A stretch of DNA of 64,000 nt, taken from NCBI GenBank assembly GCA_000320545.1, contig ADNK01001699.1:62001-126000 (forward strand). Direction: 5' to 3'. This stretch comes from Bigelowiella natans CCMP2755 (taxonomy: Eukaryota; Protista; Cercozoa). Both the position numbers and the translations under genes were made by a program. Under the pieces are notes generated by a model. That model was not told where the DNA came from, ran no database searches, and was given only the letters and a program-made list of their open reading frames with translations. Positions 43,201 to 55,630 of this stretch are shown here, piece after piece. Position 1 is the first letter of the stretch; each line of letters opens with the position of its first letter.

Positions 43201-46193
43201 CGAAGGTCTCATATCCTACCGCGAATTTTGCAAATCTTTCTCGAATCACCTAGATTTTGCCCAAAATATTAGCACATCCTGTTCTTATTATTTAAACGAA
43301 TTGTTATCTTTACTACGCCACAAATCACCTTGAGGATCTCCAACTCCGCTTTTGTTGTGTACTGACTAACGTTTGCGGAGTACTCAAGCTGTTCCTGGAT
43401 CCGCTCAGTAAATACACTCAATCCATCTCTCAGAAGTGCAAGAGCTTCCTCCTGAATGAGTTTCTGTCCACAAATAACAAGCTTTTCCATGTCTGTTCCC
43501 TCAGCTGCTGATGCTGCTGCTTTGGTTGGAGTTTCACGGATTATTCGGCGAACATTGGAGAAGAGTTTGTGCAAGATCATGCTGTCAACGCCAATTTCTT
43601 CCCTTGAAAGCCCTGAGGCAACGATTTGTTTGAAATGTACCCGCAGAAGTTGAAGTGAAGATATTCCCGTGGAAATGATAGACACAAATTCATCTTCGTC
43701 GTTATGAGACTCCGATGTACATGCTACCAAACTATGATCAACCAGGGAAGCCAGAGAATGGATGCACTCTGGCGATACATCGACACAAAGCGGGTCCTTC
43801 ATTACCACATCATCGTTGGAATTCAATGCAGCTATTTCTGATGGGATCTTTACACTTGAATCCAGTTTTACGCCATAAAGGGAAGCAAGGTAAGCCTCGA
43901 CCTTGATCCTTTCTTCATCAGAGAGAGACCTTTTGAATGCTGTAATATGAGCAACGTGGAAGTCTGCGCTAGAATTTGATTGTCCACGCCCGATACAGAT
44001 CGTGCCCGGTTGAGGTTGGTTGGACGCTGCAAGCCGTAAAACTCCATCTCTGAAAAGAAAAGGGGGGCAGGAGGATGGGCAGGAAAAGGAGAATATAACA
44101 CGGGGCTCACTCGGTAGCATATTTACTCGTATATTTTGAAGAAATGTTATCCGCATTTTGAGTAAGTAGGATGTTGGAACTTTTTAAGGTGGAAGTAAGT
44201 AGCATTTGGGGTGAGAAACTATTTGCAGCAATATTTTGTTACTACAATGTTTAAGTGTTCATACAGTCTCGTACTACCTGTATAGAGCGACGGTATTATT
44301 AGGAGGTGCCGATCGGAGGGTTGTGATGCGAAACTTGCCCAAATCGAGAGATGTACTCCTCTGTAACTCGGTGCTCCAATGAGAGGTGTTAGATTGCACC
44401 GTTCTTTCTGCCGGAACGGTCTTATCCACGATAAAAATTGTACTACTTCCAGATATTGGTGGCTTCAGTAGCATACCAGTCGTTGCTGAATATTATGTAA
44501 AACCACCAAAATTTAGTAATGAACCTGTGTTGTCTCCAGATTTTAAGAAGTATTAATTTCCTAAATTTGCATTTATAGATTCTGAGATGTACGATATGAA
44601 TAGAGTCGTTCTAAAGAATTCGCAACCCAAAAAAGCAGAGAATGAATATTTTTGTATTACAATTGCACTTCAGAGCTGTGAAGGATTTTTGTGATGCTCC
44701 ATCATGACCACCGTTTGTGACCTTAACTTTATCTCCGACCTTATATCCTGGTTTTATACTACTCGCCTCAGGGAAAGTCAATTCATTTGCATCGTAGTCC
44801 ATTATCAAATTATCGGTGACAGGCAACGTCCTCTTCTTTTTTGCAGTATCATCTTCTACAAGATATTGAGATGCTAACCGTGAGCACTGCGACATAATTA
44901 ATGCGCTGAACATTTTCGTATTGATTTTCGCTCGGCAATTATCCCAAATTTTCTCGTCGGCCGTCACGTCTGGCAGTCCCATGTGCTTCATAAGAGTTTC
45001 TGGAAAAATCGGGAAGGAACCTTCTTTCCCTTCGAGTTTCAGTCGGGTTTTTCGTTCGCTTTGAAATTTGGCCAATTTTTGAAGCAATTTCATTGAATCT
45101 TGATCCATGACTTCCTTACTTTTTATAAGAACCTGGACGAGAGCTAATAGCTTTGGCAATGATCCAAATGCCATTGCAGCATTGAAGAGGATTTCAACAG
45201 AATTTGACGCAAGACGAGGCGAGTTAATCGTCCCATGAAGGAAGCTCAGCATAGGTTCGATGAGTTTTGGGATTTCTGACGACATAGTCTCCGAAGGCCT
45301 CAATGAAAGTATTGGCGTTTTTCCCAAGCTCTGAGAAAATTTATCTAGCACCTTGTGAAGGAGATCTTCGTTCTTTTGTTCAAGTGCGAACTGCAAGAGC
45401 GTTACATTTGACTCCACAGCACAAACTATATTAGATACCGAGCTATAGATAAAAAAAGAAAAGGTACATGAGGACCAACGTGTGAAATATCGTCTTATCT
45501 AAATCACCTTGCACTCAGGGACGCGCCAGCTTGAGAAACAGATTTCTTCAAACTTTCCTTTTTCTTTTCTAGGATATTTTTCTGAGAACTCCCGTGGCGC
45601 TTAACTGCATGGAGAACCTCGGCCAACAATCTTATTCTGAGGGTATGATTCATGTGTAAATATGTGTGTGTGCGTGAGTGCATGTATAACGAATCAAGGC
45701 GCACAATATGTATAAGTAACATAATTTTATGCCGAACCTCCTATCCATCTGTTTTGCTCCAGGGTCAGCGAATAACAGCTTCGAGTCTTCAGCAAAAGCC
45801 TTTTTCACCTCGGCGTCAAGAACATCGCTGTGTTCATATAAACATATCAGAACGATGTGCATGTGGAAGTGGAATTAATACGAAAATACCTTTCTTTCAA
45901 GTCCTTCGAACTAGCCAGCGCATTTGTAATTGGCTAATGAGATAACTAAGTGAGAGCGCGTACAGGATGTTCAGCAGATATTGAACCTCTCCTTTTACGT
46001 CCTTCATAGAAAAGAACCTCGTTGAATCACGCGCATCGTTTGCCTCAAATCCTGTTTCAAAGGTGAAATGAGTAAATTTGCATCATAGTTGATGTCATGT
46101 GCTACCAAATTTCGAGAGATCACCGCCTGGAGTTTCCAGCACTGAAAGTCCATCAAGGAACGCAAGTTGACGATCCAGCTTTGCGTCACTCAT
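25286..46193 (-). CDS. Giant HERC-like HECT E3 ubiquitin ligase (>6,000 aa) with SAM, NPCBM-like, SPRY, discoidin/F5-8-like, RCC1, LamG/ConA-like, UBA, jacalin-like and HECT modules
   Basis: C-terminal HECT motifs (DAGGPYRD; LGRLMGMAIRS; FIAFVWGRSRLP; catalytic AHTCGFSIELPKY). RCC1 repeats (FGWGFNSNGQLGDG, YSWGYNYCGSLGH), UBA (LTGMGFPSHWVEQAL), SPRY-like repeats, SAM-like segment (QLQDKFDEEGYDDLE). Collinear minus-strand ORFs from 25286 to ~45417. Probable start ATG 46193 (MSDAKLDRQLAFLDG) is inferred. Confidence 0.9.
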
Positions 46194-46862
46194 TTTGTTT
46201 TTTCGAGCGTAAGCAGCCGCCGTGCAAACTTTTTAGAATCTCGATATCAATGCAAAAGATAAGTTTGCAATCCTCTACTAGTTTCAGAAACGAGGGATTT
46301 CGTGCGGGGTGGACAGCGGGGCTGCCTACGAAAATGGTACCCTCGTGAAAGATATTTTTGAGGGTTATTTCCTGAATTTCCTTAAATTATCGAGTGCTTT
46401 TCAGCTGTAAGACAATGCTTCTAGAATTGTCACACATCAAAGAACACATTGGTTTTACACCGAAGAAGCTTTCACAGATCTTTCCTGACGAACTTCTCGA
46501 TTCACTTACACATTTCCAGATTTCATTTTTCACTTTTTTTCATGCTTTTCTTCGAGTAATCTCACAAAATCTCGAGGCAGTTTCGTGTTTTTCCGTTTGC
46601 AATCTTGATGTCAAACTCTCTTTGTCGTATTTTCAAAATGGGCTCAAAATTGCACTTAAATATTCGGATTGTTGCTGCAAAGTTAGTCCTAAAAAACTCG
46701 ACAGTCGTACTTCCCCCCCCATGAAACTGAACGATGTCTAACTATTTAATGATACTAGCCTTCCATTCAATCAATGTGGGAGTCTTAAATATTTATTTTC
46801 AAGCTATTCTTTGCATTCAACTGTTCTCTTAACCTTTTATAATTTGTTTTCAGGATTAGAAA

Positions 46863-47349
46863 ATGTCCACAGCAGCAGCTTGGCTTAGAAAAACCGATGA
46901 CCTTGATGATGATACATTCAACGAATTGAAAAAAATTATCGGGAAGCCTATTGTCGAGGTTATAATACCAATTTCAGTTGTTAGCAAATTTTGAAAACAA
47001 TCCAGTAACATTTTACAATGAACATCTCAGGAAGAACAGATGAACGGAGAAACGAAAAGTGAAGCTATGGATATAGTTGCTTCGGCGATTGATTCTTGTC
47101 AGGGTAACAATGCAAAATTGGATTATAAGGTAAAAAAAAATGTGGCCGCTTCTACAAATTATGATACAAATTCACATTAAATTACAGACTGCGGCACAAC
47201 AAATAAAGGAGCAGATGGACAAGAAATTCGGTCCGTGTTGGCATTGCATAATTGGTGAAGCCATGGGGTTCTCAGTGACATTTAACACAGGGAATATGAT
47301 ATATATGTTTTGTGGAGGTAAAATAGCTGTGCTTCTCTTCAAATCGTAG
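46863..47349 (+). CDS. DNAL4: Dynein light chain, LC8 family, axonemal light chain 4-like; 3 exons (~46863-46958, 47031-47129, 47188-47349)
   Basis: AAQQIKEQMDKKFGPCWHCIIGEAMGFSVT..MIYMFCGGKIAVLLFKS matches the dynein light chain type-1 signature; in-frame GT-AG introns. Subfamily assignment is less certain than the family. Confidence 0.85.
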
Positions 47350-47919
47350 CTCAGTTTCTGATACTCCAAATGCTTTAAATGTGCTACTTACTAGACTTAG
47401 TTCTTAACACAGAAACATTTATCGCAAAATAATTTCGCTTTTTCGCATAAGCTAACCCTTTAGTGCACGATTAATTAAAGAAGTATATCTATGTTGAGGC
47501 ATATAAACAATGCAGCGCGTTCGTACTTGCACCATATTGTTGCAACCGCACATGCTAGACTAAATCGACGGTGCGACGGTATCGCATGTGCTTGGATTGC
47601 ATTACGTGTAGCAGACAATGCAGGATCAATGCAATCAGGCACATCTCGCTCACAGATTTGTCGTTAGTAGCCATGCTACGCATGCACAATGGCCGCATGG
47701 TGCGTGTGCACGCGCACGTCGATCTAGACGAAAGATCACAGCATGCAAACAGGCGGGCACCGCTAGACGACGTCCGATCCTGTCCAGAGCGTACAAGCGT
47801 GCGTGTCGTGTGTGGCACACCTGCTAGCCTCTGGACAGTCGCCACATTTCTCATTTCGGCATGCCACAAATAAATATGCGAAAAGCGCAAGTGAGCTGCG
47901 CCGGCTTTGCAAATGCAAG

Positions 47920-48278
47920 CATGCACGCGTTTTTTTCGTGCGAGCGCTTGCGCAATTGTCATTGTGAACACACTGGAACGTGTTTTGACCAGCAGTTGGA
48001 AAAGTTTAGTTTTTGCTACATCGGCTGAAATGATGCCAAAATGACACCTCAGAATCCACATCACTGCATCTAGACCATTTTTTACGTTTTTGTGGTGGTC
48101 GCAGTGGTCTAGGTACATGCATCGCAGTGACATTGACAACATGTGGATTCTGAGGTGTCACTTTGGCATCATTTCAACCGATGCAGCAAAAACTGAACAC
48201 TTTCAACTGGTCAAAACACATTTCAGCGTGTTCACAATGATCGCTGCCAAGCGCTCGTGCGAAAAAAACGTGTGCATG
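47920..48278. mobile_element. Degenerate foldback/MITE-like element with ~140-bp inverted arms
   Basis: 47920-48061 is the reverse complement of 48141-48278 with scattered mismatches, mostly transitions; a shorter inverted repeat lies in the spacer. Confidence 0.7.
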
Positions 48279-48912
48279 ACTCACACTTGTGTTTTGCGAC
48301 AACGGTCCAGGCCAGCAGGCTTGTCTAGTTGTGCGCTTGTCGCCATTGAGTTCATCTTCATGCAGGTGTTGAAATTTTGGCTGTCCATCGACTAGGAGAT
48401 CATCAAACTGATGTGCGAACTGAATGGATGCAACGTGTCAATTTGTCTGACTTGTGTTGCACCGAAATTGCCAGAAAATTCTGAAAAACACCCCACTTCA
48501 AATCATCAAAAATCGCACAAGTGGTGTGGATTTTCATTGCGTGAGTTTTGGACCGTGTCATGTAATCGAACCGATTGCAATCGCGTTGCTGAGAAACTTG
48601 ATTTTTTCGAAAACATTGCTGTACTTAGACAGGTGTGACATGCCATGTTGCTATGGTGCCAGGCAGGAAGCACTCGAGCAGAGATATCTAGTTTCATTCA
48701 TTGTTATAATTGTGATGCATGAAAATAAGCAAGTGCGATGCAGTTACGGTGTGCTATTGGCGTAACAGACGTGATTTTCATGATGCGATGAGCATGGTGT
48801 ACTCTACGTTCCTTGCCGGGCCTAAACCTAGCCTGAGGAAGAGCCCAGATGGATCACACGTCTCACAAATTCTCGAATCAGCCTTCTGATCAGCCTTCTG
48901 AAAATGTATTTA

Positions 48913-50115
48913 TCAACGTTTAGCATCAACACTTTGTTCCGTCTGCTGATAGGTATTTTTCTTTTTCCCAATTATCATCTCTCCCCTTCGAACCAGTCTG
49001 GACTTGCGAGCTTTTGGGAAAATTTTTTGATTTAATGGCCCCATCACAGCACGTTGAAAGCATTTTTGAGACCCGAATCTAACAGGTAATCTATTCTTTG
49101 GAAACTTTTTCGTAAGATGAGGAAAAACTCTAACCAATTTCGTGTCAAAAGAATAGTATTTGCTGTGGTCTTCCTTGAACAACACGCAAAGGATGGCCAT
49201 TTCTGAATGTGTCAATGCATTGGGACTTCTTCTCCTCAGTATCTCAAGAGTCTTCTCTGGTTTGCTTTGATGACAAATTGAGTTCTTAATCCATTGGTTT
49301 TCATCCCAAAGGATCATTGCAACATCGAACATGGATGTTAATAATTCTTCAATTTTTATTACTTCTCCTGACTTCCTTGTTCTCAAAGAATGCAGCAGTT
49401 TCAGTCTGTTTCCAGAATGATTCGTTGCATCTTTAATCAGTTTGGAACGAAGCCCGTTTAGATTGGAGAGTAAATCCTTCACCATAGAGTACCATAAAGT
49501 GGGCTTCCGCGTTGAACGACGTTGTCCTTTAATTCTACGCACAGTGGCAGTAGATTGTGGTCGTGATATTTGCATGTTTCGAGATGTGGACAACGATTTA
49601 TATGCACGACTTGTACCACACAGTAACGGAAATGATCTTCGCATCTCGCCCATGAGGCATTTCGGGTTTGATGAATTTTTCCCTATCTTCTTTTCGGGAA
49701 GACTTATGTTGCTGCTTCCCTTCATTATAAATTGCTCTCTCAGAGCTCCGATGGCATGCAGCCGCTAATTATTGTAGCAGGGACATGTTAGGCAACATGT
49801 TGAGATCTACACGAAGGTGTCAACAGTAATTAGAAGATAACTCGAGATAAGGTGGTGAAGGTACTGTTTAATTTTATTCTAAAGCGTCGTAAGCGAATGC
49901 TCAATTTCACAACCTCGTGTGCCTTTTTCCTCCACTCAGCTTGCTCCTCTTCGATCAAAATCTGTTTTTGTTCGATTTGACTTGGGTAGACTCGAAGATG
50001 CTCTGGCAAATTTTTATTGATTTGATCCAGAGCACTCTCCATTTGATCCATTTGGAGATTCTCCTCCTCTCCTCTAATTCTGGTGAATGTTCGGTTTTTA
50101 TGTTGGTAGGGGCAC
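48913..50115 (-). CDS. Hypothetical basic protein, spliced; 5' exon(s) not resolved
   Basis: 270-aa open terminal exon 48913-49725 plus an upstream exon (...LQMDQMESALDQINKNLPEHLRVYPSQIEQ...) ending at a GT near 49914; no recognisable motif. Confidence 0.55.
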
Positions 50116-50395
50116 TGCTGTTACATACATGACGACAACAGATACGACGACAACCATTAGATCTACGAGTAGTTAGATCTGGAACAGGAAAGATAAATAA
50201 TAATTTAAGTATTTCATCGTATAAATTCGAGAAAGTTATAATTAGGAGGAATTATTGTTGTTGATGTTGCTTCAACATGGCAACGCCGTTGAACAGCACC
50301 GACCGAAACAAACCTCTATTGGTTTTTATCAAAAGGTTCACTTTCAGAAGAGATGTCGTAGCTGGATAATCAATGGTGTGACAGCAGATTGACTA

Positions 50396-50998
50396 CCGTA
50401 AGTTTAGCTCTTATTTGTCACCCCTGGTTACACTCAATTCGTGTTTTTGCCGAAAAAGTTACATGTCACCCCAAATTTGAGATCGCCTGAGTTTAGTTGT
50501 CGGTGAATTTCCGAAGAAAAATTGCCCATTTTGAACCATCTTTAAAATGTTCTTTCGAAACTTTTCGTCTTAATTTTTTACTTGTTTTTGGGAAGTGTGC
50601 ATATTTTCGTAAGATCCGTATGGACACCGTAGGGACAGGAAATATCGTAGCGAGATCTGGACAGTTTTTCTTAGATGTTTTAGGGTGCGAGATTCCCCAT
50701 TCCATGAAAAAGAAACGTGAAAAGTGTGCACATTTTCGCAAGGGGCAGATACGCCGTAGGAACATGCATCGTAGGAACAGGAAATATCGTAGCGAGCTCT
50801 GGACAGTTTTTCTTAGATGTTTTTGGGTGTGAGATTCCCCATTCCACGAAAAAGAAACCATGTGAAAAGTTACATGTCACCCTGTTCTAAATCGATCTGT
50901 CAAAGTTACATGTCACCTGTTCTAAATCGATTTGTCAGTTTAACGCAAAAGTTACATATCACCCGTTTTTGGGTGACAAATAAGAGCTAAACTTACGG
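50396..50998. mobile_element. Non-autonomous Tc1/mariner-superfamily (pogo/Tc2-like) MITE, 603 bp
   Basis: Perfect 28-bp TIRs CCGTAAGTTTAGCTCTTATTTGTCACCC (50396-50423 and 50971-50998) with TA on both flanks (50394-95, 50999-51000). Subterminal AAAGTTACAT(G/A)TCACC occurs four times; ~90-bp internal direct repeat; no transposase ORF. Confidence 0.92.
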
Positions 50999-51267
50999 TA
51001 AATAGGAATGAAATTAGTTAAAAATGGTGGCGATTTTCCCAGATTCTTCCATCATCTGGAAAATTTCATTTGTCAGAATAGAGATCATAAAATTAGTCTC
51101 CATCACATACCTACGACAATACTTTCTTGAGCGGGATTACAAGGAAGGCCGAGCGCAATTTACTCGCCATCCTCCCAGGTGTAGAAGAAGCAGCCAGCCT
51201 CTCCTTCAAGCTCTTCAACCCTTCGACACTGACCCCACCAATTCTAGGAAACCAACTCATTGACACA

Positions 51268-52754
51268 ATGCCGCTTGAAGCAGTTATGGTTTGGTAAGGG
51301 CACCATTCATTTCACACTGCGCAATCTAGTCTCGATATTTAAACTTCCATGTTCTACTAATTCATCACTTGTGTCTCACACATATCTTACATTAGTATGG
51401 ATAACTCTGAGTACCAGAGAAATGGCGATTACTCTCCGAATCGATTGATTGCTCAACGGGAAACAATCAACCACATAGCTTTGTCGAAGACAGAATCGAA
51501 TATGGAGAGTACTGTTGGTGTTTTAACGATGGCTGGAAAATTGAAAGTATTAGCAGCTCCAACAAGAAATCTTGGGTCCATTATGACAGAGCTTAAGTCT
51601 GTTGGTATGCGTGGAAAGTGTGACCTCCTTGCTGGCATCAAAACTGCGCAGTTGGCCCTTAAAAACAGACAGAACAAGAATCAACACCCTAGAATCATTG
51701 TGTTTGTTGGCAGCCCGATAGAGACAGATATGAAGAAACTCACCAAACTTGGTGCACAGCTCAAGAAAAATAGTTACGCGGTGAGCCAACTTATATTCTA
51801 TTATCTGGACGAGTCTGCATCCTATCTCGTTCTTGTGACTTTTCCCTGATCTTAATCATATTCGAGATTGTTAGTAACAATTCGAAAATTGTTCCTCTCA
51901 CATTACTGAATATATCTCATAGCAGTCGATTTGAATACCTTGTTTGAATAACATTTGCTATCCCAAACGCTAGGTTGATGTAATTAATTTTGGCAAGGAA
52001 AACGCTCAAAATACCAACGTGGAGAAACTTGAGGCGTTCATTAATGCTGTAAACAATGAGGACAATAGCCACCTTGTGAATGTACCTCCTGGTCCTCACA
52101 ACCTCTCAGATATGGTAGCGTCTACTATATTGGGTAGTGTGCCTCAAACAGGGGGTTTTGGTGCATCTGGAACAGGGGGCGGTAACCTTTCAAATGGGGG
52201 GGGTATTGCTGGGGCTGCGGCTGGAGCTGGCGGTGCTGGTGCACAAGACAACACGGAAGAAGCTCTACTAGCATATGCTCTTCGCATATCAATGGAGGAA
52301 GCCCGCGATCGTCAACAGAAACCTGGAGAAAGCAAAGCAGAGAGTTCTAAGATGGAAGAGGAGAAAAAGGAAGAAACGGTGAAGGAAGAGGGTAGCAAGA
52401 TGGAAATAGACAATGTTGGTGACGATGAGATGGATGAAGAGGCTGAACTTGCTGCCGCAATAGCTTTATCTATGGCTGATGAAGATGTTGAAGCTGAAGA
52501 TGATGGTGGTAAAGAAGATGCGGTAGGAGGAGACGCCGATGAAGCTATGCTTTCAGTTCTAAAGGAGGAAAAGTTCATTGAAGACTTGATTGATTCCACT
52601 GGCGTGCAGAAGGATGATATAGATATTCAGAAATTGCTGGATTTCAGCGAAGAGGATGAGGTAGGTCCTTTTATATTTACGTATAATTCCAGAATCTAAA
52701 ATGCCTTTTCAACTTTAGGGTAAGAAAGACGAAGATGAAGAAGGCCGCAAATAG
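51268..52754 (+). CDS. RPN10: 26S proteasome ubiquitin receptor RPN10/PSMD4; 4 exons (51268-51293, 51396-51780, 51974-52660, 52719-52754)
   Basis: vWA domain MPLEAVMVCMDNSEYQRNGDYSPNR...AQLALKNRQNKNQHPRIIVFVGSPI, then HLVNVPPGP and UIM motifs LAYALRISMEE and ELAAAIALSM. Confidence 0.97.
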
Positions 52755-52934
52755 GTGGAAAGACCCAAAATAAGCTACCTAGTTAAAGCACCGGAATCTG
52801 CTAAATATAAGCATTTCTATAAGATTTCAAGATGCTGTGGAGAGTTCAGTAAAATTTCGTAGCATATAAATCAACTGATACACAAGAGATGCATGCCGAC
52901 TCGAAAAGCTGTGCAAGCACATTAGTCCACGTGC

Positions 52935-52974
52935 GCGCGCGGTATAGGGACCTATAGGTCCCTGTACCGCGCGC
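52935..52974. repeat. 40-bp near-perfect palindrome
   Basis: GCGCGCGGTATAGGGACCTA|TAGGTCCCTGTACCGCGCGC with one mismatch (T52945/G52964). Confidence 0.9.
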
Positions 52975-53039
52975 TAGCTTACTGCAGTGCAAGCTACGTT
53001 TATTCCGCATCTTGCATGCGCATTGTGGGGTGTTGGCTA

Positions 53040-55630
53040 GAGCTGGGCACAAACATTTTTTTTCATTTGGAAATGCTTTGCTTTGCTTCTGAACAAGTGT
53101 TTGATTTGAACAAACAATGCCCACATGTCGCGAAACTAGTGTTTGGTTTGTTCAAGTGATGTTCGAACAAGAAGCAGTGTTTGCAAATGTTTTCCTGTGG
53201 AAATCATTTGCAAACGATTTGAAAAATTTGAAATGTTCCCGCGCAGCTGCGCGCGCAAAGCACGACATGACAGACCAAATCGCAATGCATTTGAATGCGC
53301 ATTGTGCAACGTGTGACAAAGGGAACAAACAATCGCACAGGCACAACTTCACAACTCATCGCAGATGGACACAGTTGTTGCGTGGACGCCATGCGCATGC
53401 AGATGTGCAGCATCATGGCGCACACATGCTGCCATTGAAAAGATTTTGTCACTTCATTGCATCCGTCTCATTGTCGCGCCTTCGGTTTGTGCATTCATCG
53501 CTTGCGTGGGAGTTGGCATGCTGTCAATGTCCTTGTTGATTGTCTGAACTTGCTTTGCCTGCATGGCAGCAGGCGCGGTGCGATGATGCGACGCGGCATT
53601 GAAACCATTCGCATGCAGAACGGCCGCAGCCGGGCTGTTGTCCTTGAACTCTTCGTCAAGGCAAGCCACGTGCTTCGGAATGGGTGACGCTGATCGGTCA
53701 GCGTGCCGCGGTGGTGGATCTGAGGTGCTGCGCACGTGTGCAGAAGCACGCGAGTCGCAGGGTTGAAGTTGAGACGCACACGCACTGTTGCATGCAACCG
53801 ATTCGTTCTGCATCACGTGCAGCTGTCGATTGTTGCAGCAATGTGCGCCCTCGCATGCAACCGATTCGTTCTGCATCGAGTGCAGCTGTCGATTGTTGCA
53901 GCATTGGGCGTGGTGCAATGCGGTCTCGTGTTGAGAACTGAAGTCGCATGAGTCGTTGAGTTGCATTGTTGTTTGGTCCTTGAGTTGCTTTGTCACTTGA
54001 ACGTTTGAGTTCTGATGTCACTTGGTCGTTTGAGTTCTGAGTGTGCTTGGTTGCTTGCTTGTGCAGTTGAGTTCTGATCTCAATGTGTCACTTGGACTTT
54101 TGAGTTCTGACGTCACTTGGACTTTTGAGTTCTGATGAGTTGTGTCTTGATCGTTGTTGCAGGTGCGACGACGCATGGCTTTTCACTTTGCCATGTCGCG
54201 ACATGGCTTTTCACGCTGCCGTGTCGCGATGCGCGAAACTCCTGAGAGACTTCCGCAAAGTGAGTGAGCTTTTCACTTTGCCATGTCGCGACACGCTGAG
54301 CGCCACTTGGCCGTGTCCAACGTGTGCACTTTTGCACGCGGCCTTGTCGGGCCAGCACAAGCCAACAGGGGGCTCGTCGTGGTCGGGCGGCAAACTGCAT
54401 CGTGGCGCCATGATGGACATGGCAATGCACACATGCAATGCATGCATTGCATTGCGTGTCTGCAACACTTGTGACAGACATGGCAATGCACACACATGAC
54501 ATGCATGTTGCATTGCGTGTCCATGATCGCTGTGCTGGCGTGCGCCACATCATGGCCACTCAGGACTCAGGACTCAGCCCCACAGACTCAGGAACTGTTT
54601 TTCTCCACTTTGCAACCTCCAGCTGTGCCTTTCTCGTGTTTGAGAACTTTCCAAAATCTGTCCAACTTTGACAATTTGTTGAGCATCACCAATGCTTCAG
54701 CTGTGTCTGTCGACAATGCACTTCGACGCGCTGTCAGTGTCAAGCCACACAACAAGAAGATGCGTTCGGACTCGACTGACGCAGCTTCAAATCATCACTT
54801 TCCTTTTCATGCCGAGTGATGCTTCTCCAAAGTGGAGCTTCATGCACAAAGATGCATTCTGATGGAAAGTGACAAGCCCTGCGGGTGGGGTTGTCAATTG
54901 CAAATGCAATTTGAAACAGCACTGACATGGCATCTCATTGGTTGTTTCTTTGGTGAAATCAGGGAAGCAAAAGCAATGCAGCATGTTGCAGACACGTGTT
55001 TTTGATTGCTAGTTTGTTGCACCAATGAGAATGAGCTGCGCTCTCGCAAGATGTGCACGATCGCAACAGCAGCTGCTGCACGTGCTGCTGACTAGCTGGC
55101 CCCAGCCAACTGGAGCTAGCTGCAATGAAGTTTCATCAGTGCGAGATGCTGGCGAGATGGCAGCGAGACGGATGCAATGTGATCATCTGTCACTTTTTTC
55201 AATGGTCCGTCACAACCCAGCAATGCACATGCTGGCATGTGCAGTCCAACAGCACCAGAGCAGCAGTGCGCAGCACGTGTGCCAGCGCATGGCGTGGCGG
55301 CTGCGTGCGTGCATGCTGCGCATGCGCAGCACATGCGCCGGCCTAGCTAGCTGGCCTGGTCGCCGTGGCCACGTGGGTGATTTTTCTTCAGAAGTTCACC
55401 GACAACGCAAGCTCAGGCGATCTCAAGTTTGGCTAGCAATGTCGGCAACAATTGGCCACGCTGGACGCATGCAAAAGCTCAATTTTGGTGATTTTCTTGA
55501 AACGTTTCCAAAAACATTTGCAAACATGTTTGATTTGATTTGGTTTGAACAAATGCGAACACTTTGAAAAATCACTTCCAAACACCAAGTGCTTGCAAAC
55601 TTGTGTTTGGTTTGTTCAAGTGCCACTCTG
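53040..55630. mobile_element. Possible decayed DNA transposon with related subterminal motifs at both ends
   Basis: GTGTTTGGTTTGTTCAAGTG occurs at ~53139 and ~55603; (A)CATTTGCAAAC motifs cluster in both orientations at 53170-53220 and 55505-55600. Termini and target-site duplication not resolved. Confidence 0.35.
53790..54590. repeat. Cluster of short tandem and direct repeats
   Basis: 63-bp-period duplication (GCATGCAACCGATTCGTTCTGCATC...) at 53790/53853; GTCACTTG..TTTGAGTTCTGA about four times (53991-54135); GCTTTTCACTTTGCCATGTCGCGACA at ~54178/54268; GACATGGCAATGCACACA twice. Confidence 0.75.

Noticed and set aside
26200-44200. Plus-strand ORFs up to 224 aa overlapping the HECT gene
   Set aside because: Antisense shadows of a long coding exon with no independent motifs.
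25286-52754. HECT ligase plus RPN10 as a ubiquitin-proteasome gene cluster
   Set aside because: They are separated by unrelated genes; two genes from a large functional class can be neighbours by chance.
52935-52977. Helitron 3' end (hairpin plus CTAG)
   Set aside because: CTAG overlaps the palindrome end instead of lying ~10 nt downstream, is not followed by T, and no matching 5' end or Rep/helicase is visible.
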